Below are positions 61,111 through 64,000 of a stretch of 64,000 bases of DNA, piece by piece (the stretch's first letter is position 1; every line of letters begins with the position of its first letter). Made by a program: the position numbers and the translations under genes. The stretch spans positions 1,674,001 through 1,738,000 of the forward strand of contig CM060733.1 of assembly GCA_030704615.1 (NCBI GenBank), given 5' to 3'. The notes under the pieces are model-generated. The model did no database searches. It saw only the letters and a list, made by a program, of their open reading frames with translations, and was not told where the DNA came from. Source of the stretch: Takakia lepidozioides (Eukaryota; Plantae; Bryophyta).

Positions 61111-62984
61111 GGCGGCTACCTGCCGTACTGTACTCCATAGGGTTTTGATTTTTTAAGTGTATGCTTTCTCTATAGTAGAGAAAACATGGAAGATTTCTTC
61201 CCAGCTCTTTCTTGGGTTATCTCTTAGAGGGAGTTGAAGGGTCTTCTTCTTCCTCTCCTCACAATGTGCAAAAAATGTGCAAGCTCTTCAAGCACACAAA
61301 AACTAGCAAAACCCTCCCCATGAAAGCTCGGTCCATTTTCCTGTGGTTGGTTTTGTTAAACAAACACCTGAGCATGTAGTGGCAAGCACTTGAGCATGTA
61401 AGGGCAAGCACCGTGCTTCGGTAAAAACCAACTCCAAAAAGAAAACACGACGGGCCTACCAACCGTTTGCTGCATCTGCCCGGTATGGCCCTTTCCTTGA
61501 CGTGGGGCCCGCCAAGGGGTAATTCGCTCACCAGGCGAATGGGAATGAGCAAAGGTGCATGTGCGCGGGCCTCAAAGGGCATCGTCATGGGCAGAGGAGG
61601 CAGGCAAGGGAATCAACACCCTAAAAAACCCAAAAAACCCAGTTCCGTCACCTTGGGTGCATGTGATGTTGGGTTCAAAACTCGTCACTCCACTGCATAG
61701 GGATTAGGGACCTTTCCCTCACCCACTTCCGGTTGAGAGGGCTTCATGGCTTGATAGATGCAATAAAGAAGTCCTACTCCCTATCCCTTCAACCCTAAAT
61801 TACAACTTGTCCCTCCATGTGTGAATCCTAAAAAACAAAAAAACTGGTTTGGTTCGAAACGCCTCTCATTTTAGATAATTGGGTCTTTAAGTCTCACAGT
61901 GTGGGCCAGGCAGCGCACGGACGCGGGGTCGCCTCCACCCACCTCCCCACCGACCAGCCGCGCAGAGCGGTCGCCAGGCCGCAGCACCCATGGCGCGCAG
62001 CTGCTCAGTCACCCCCCACGCCTGCGGCTGGGTCCACCCTTCTCGCTGCGACAGACCATACTGAACCTGCACATCCGAGTAGACCGAGCAGATGTGGCGC
62101 GCATCTGCCCGTCCAACCCCGTTTTTATCCAGACCATCCGGATTTAGGGCATCACATCGCAGCCGCCGATCGGCTCCTAGGACCCCTTTGCTCTTTTTCT
62201 GTTTCCTCCTCTTTCGTCTTCCCTCGTTCATTGTTCCCTCGTTCCTCGTTTTGTCTTCCCTGCCTTTTGTTGTTTGTTGTTTGTTGTTTGTGTTGGACCC
62301 AACAGATTCTTGCAATGTTGTAAGCGCGGTTGTGAAGAATCCTGGAGCATGACTCAGCGCGAAGGAGTTGTGGACTTCTAGGACAACGTCGGAGTCCATC
62401 GTTTCAAGCCACAGCCTCCTTCGTTCATATGCTTCTACTTTCTTTTGCTTTGTTGTTCGCCTATACATGGGACTGTATGAGGGCGCGGAAGAGGTCCGTG
62501 TTTACGTTGAGTTTACAGTGCAGACTTGAATGGAAGTGAAAATGGTTGAAGTATGTAGCTCTTTACTAACAATCGGAAGTATTCAGCGAGTCATTTTAGT
62601 GGACAGCAATTGTGAATCGTTCTTTCCCTTGATCATTGTCTTCTTTGAGGCGAGTCCTCCATATACCATGTGTAGAACAACATTGCAAAAATGGCGGAAG
62701 CATATGTGCATAGTTGGCTATATAAAATTCAGATTTGCTCCCGAGTTGTGTGTCTTCAATGTTGTTTGCAGGTGGACCCAGCATGTGGACCTTGCCAGTG
62801 GGAATGTCCGGCGAAATTTGTTGCGCATCCAACTAGTGGACCTTCTAGATGGATGCCTGAAAGCGACCCGATTGACAGACCGGTCGGGGAGACCATTCAA
62901 ATGGTCAAATGGATGGACCTTTCTTAGTGACCCCGCCGACAGATCATGAATGCACAAAGTACACGAAAAGTGCCAGCATGGGGC

Positions 62985-63460
62985 AGGCCAGAAGAGCATT
63001 CCATAATAGCATACCACTATGGCACACCAGAAGGGCACACCAGAACAGCAGACCACTATGGCAGACCAATAGGGCACACCAGAACAGCAGACCATTTCGA
63101 CAGAGCACTTCGATAGACCAGAGGGCTGAGCAGAAGGGGCAGACCATGCCACCATGCCAGACCAGAAGAGTAGACCAAATGCAGACCAGAAGAGCAGACC
63201 ATTATGACAGACTATACGGGCAGACCCCGACGGCAGACCGGACTGGCGGAGACTTACGGCAGACCAGTACGGCAGACCCTGACAGTGGCAACTATTGCGG
63301 CTGGGTCCAACGTACCAGAAGAGCAGATCAGAAAAGTAGACCAGAAGGGCAGACAAGTATGACAGACTATACGGGCATACCCCGACGGCAGACCGGACTG
63401 GCGGAGACTTAGGGCAAACCAGTACGGCAGACCCTGACGGCGGTAATTATTGCGTTGCCG
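62985..63460. repeat. CAGACC-rich tandem repeats with a ~157-bp-period duplication
   Basis: cagacc/cagaag units; 63200-63300 resembles 63357-63457. Confidence 0.8.
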
Positions 63461-63683
63461 GGACATTAGATCTTGCTCATCGAATAGACCGTTGCTGCGT
63501 GTATGGCCTGCATGGCGCCTTCTGCACATGGGGTGCAGTCACTTTTTGCAGTGAGCCGTTACGTTGGACGCGTCACGTCTTTCATCTTTTCTTTGACGTC
63601 TTTCGTCTTTCCTTCTACACATTGTGTGGTGCTGGCTTGCGGTTTGTGCCTCTCCGATAGTAGCGCGACGCTTCGTGTGTACA

Positions 63684-64000
63684 GGCACCCTGCCAACGAG
63701 GAGTCAATGTCCTCATCAACTTGTCCTTTTTTGTGGAAACTAATATCCAAGTCTGTGGTGTCCCACATCAAGGAGTTTGTTTCTGTACCATGGCGTCCCA
63801 TAGCAAAAAACCAAAACCCCACTTGACTCTACTCCCACCAGCTAGTTTGGCTGACTTCCTCCAAGTCACGGCCAAGGGTGGAGCCCAAGCTCCACCCAGT
63901 GCACTCTTCTTGGCTCTCTTCATGGCCAAGGTACGATCCTCCCCGAGGATTGAATCGCCTTACTACAACAACATTGCTTGTGACCACTCTTGATGCCGCT
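63684..64000 (-). mobile_element. 3' untranslated end of a diverged relative of chromovirus A-D (copy E), running off the window
   Basis: Clearly homologous to 11223-11540. Confidence 0.85.

Noticed and set aside
62718-63529. Cys/Trp-rich or Gln/Thr-rich ORFs
   Set aside because: Artefacts of CAGACC tandem repeats.

Overview
Repeat-dense eukaryotic DNA, very probably from a non-seed land plant (PLS/DYW-type PPR editing-factor genes, plant chromoviruses, a GT-AG intron). No gene is intact as written. Many 1-bp indels may be read or consensus errors rather than decay. Left to right: (1) 1-23.4 kb has four copies (A-D) of one Ty3/gypsy chromovirus family (Galadriel-like; ~720-bp TGTCGC..GCGACA LTRs, tRNA-iMet PBS, chromodomain), arranged as two head-to-head pairs. 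(2) ~24.9-32.4 kb is a Helentron-type rolling-circle element (Rep/PIF1, OTU protease, spliced RPA70-like gene); a separate Helentron-type endonuclease fragment lies at ~5.5-5.9 kb. (3) 33,534-43,798 is the highlight: a 10.3-kb Ty3/gypsy-type element inserted in a DYW-PPR gene. It encodes a DNMT3-like cytosine-5 methyltransferase between protease and RT, and a PHD finger after the integrase. Its PBS is complementary to a hairpin loop in its own LTR (probable self-priming). Its LTRs are split and permuted (A-internal-B-A-B) with a 4-bp TSD, as if a 2-LTR circle had been opened at an internal palindrome (GACA-GC-TGTC) and integrated. (4) 43.8-50.4 kb has disrupted PLS-DYW PPR genes, one with N-terminal OSB-like PDF motifs. 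(5) 50.4-64 kb has LINE remains, MITE/foldback elements, tandem repeats and the 3' end of another chromovirus relative. Boundaries not tied to a stated motif are approximate.
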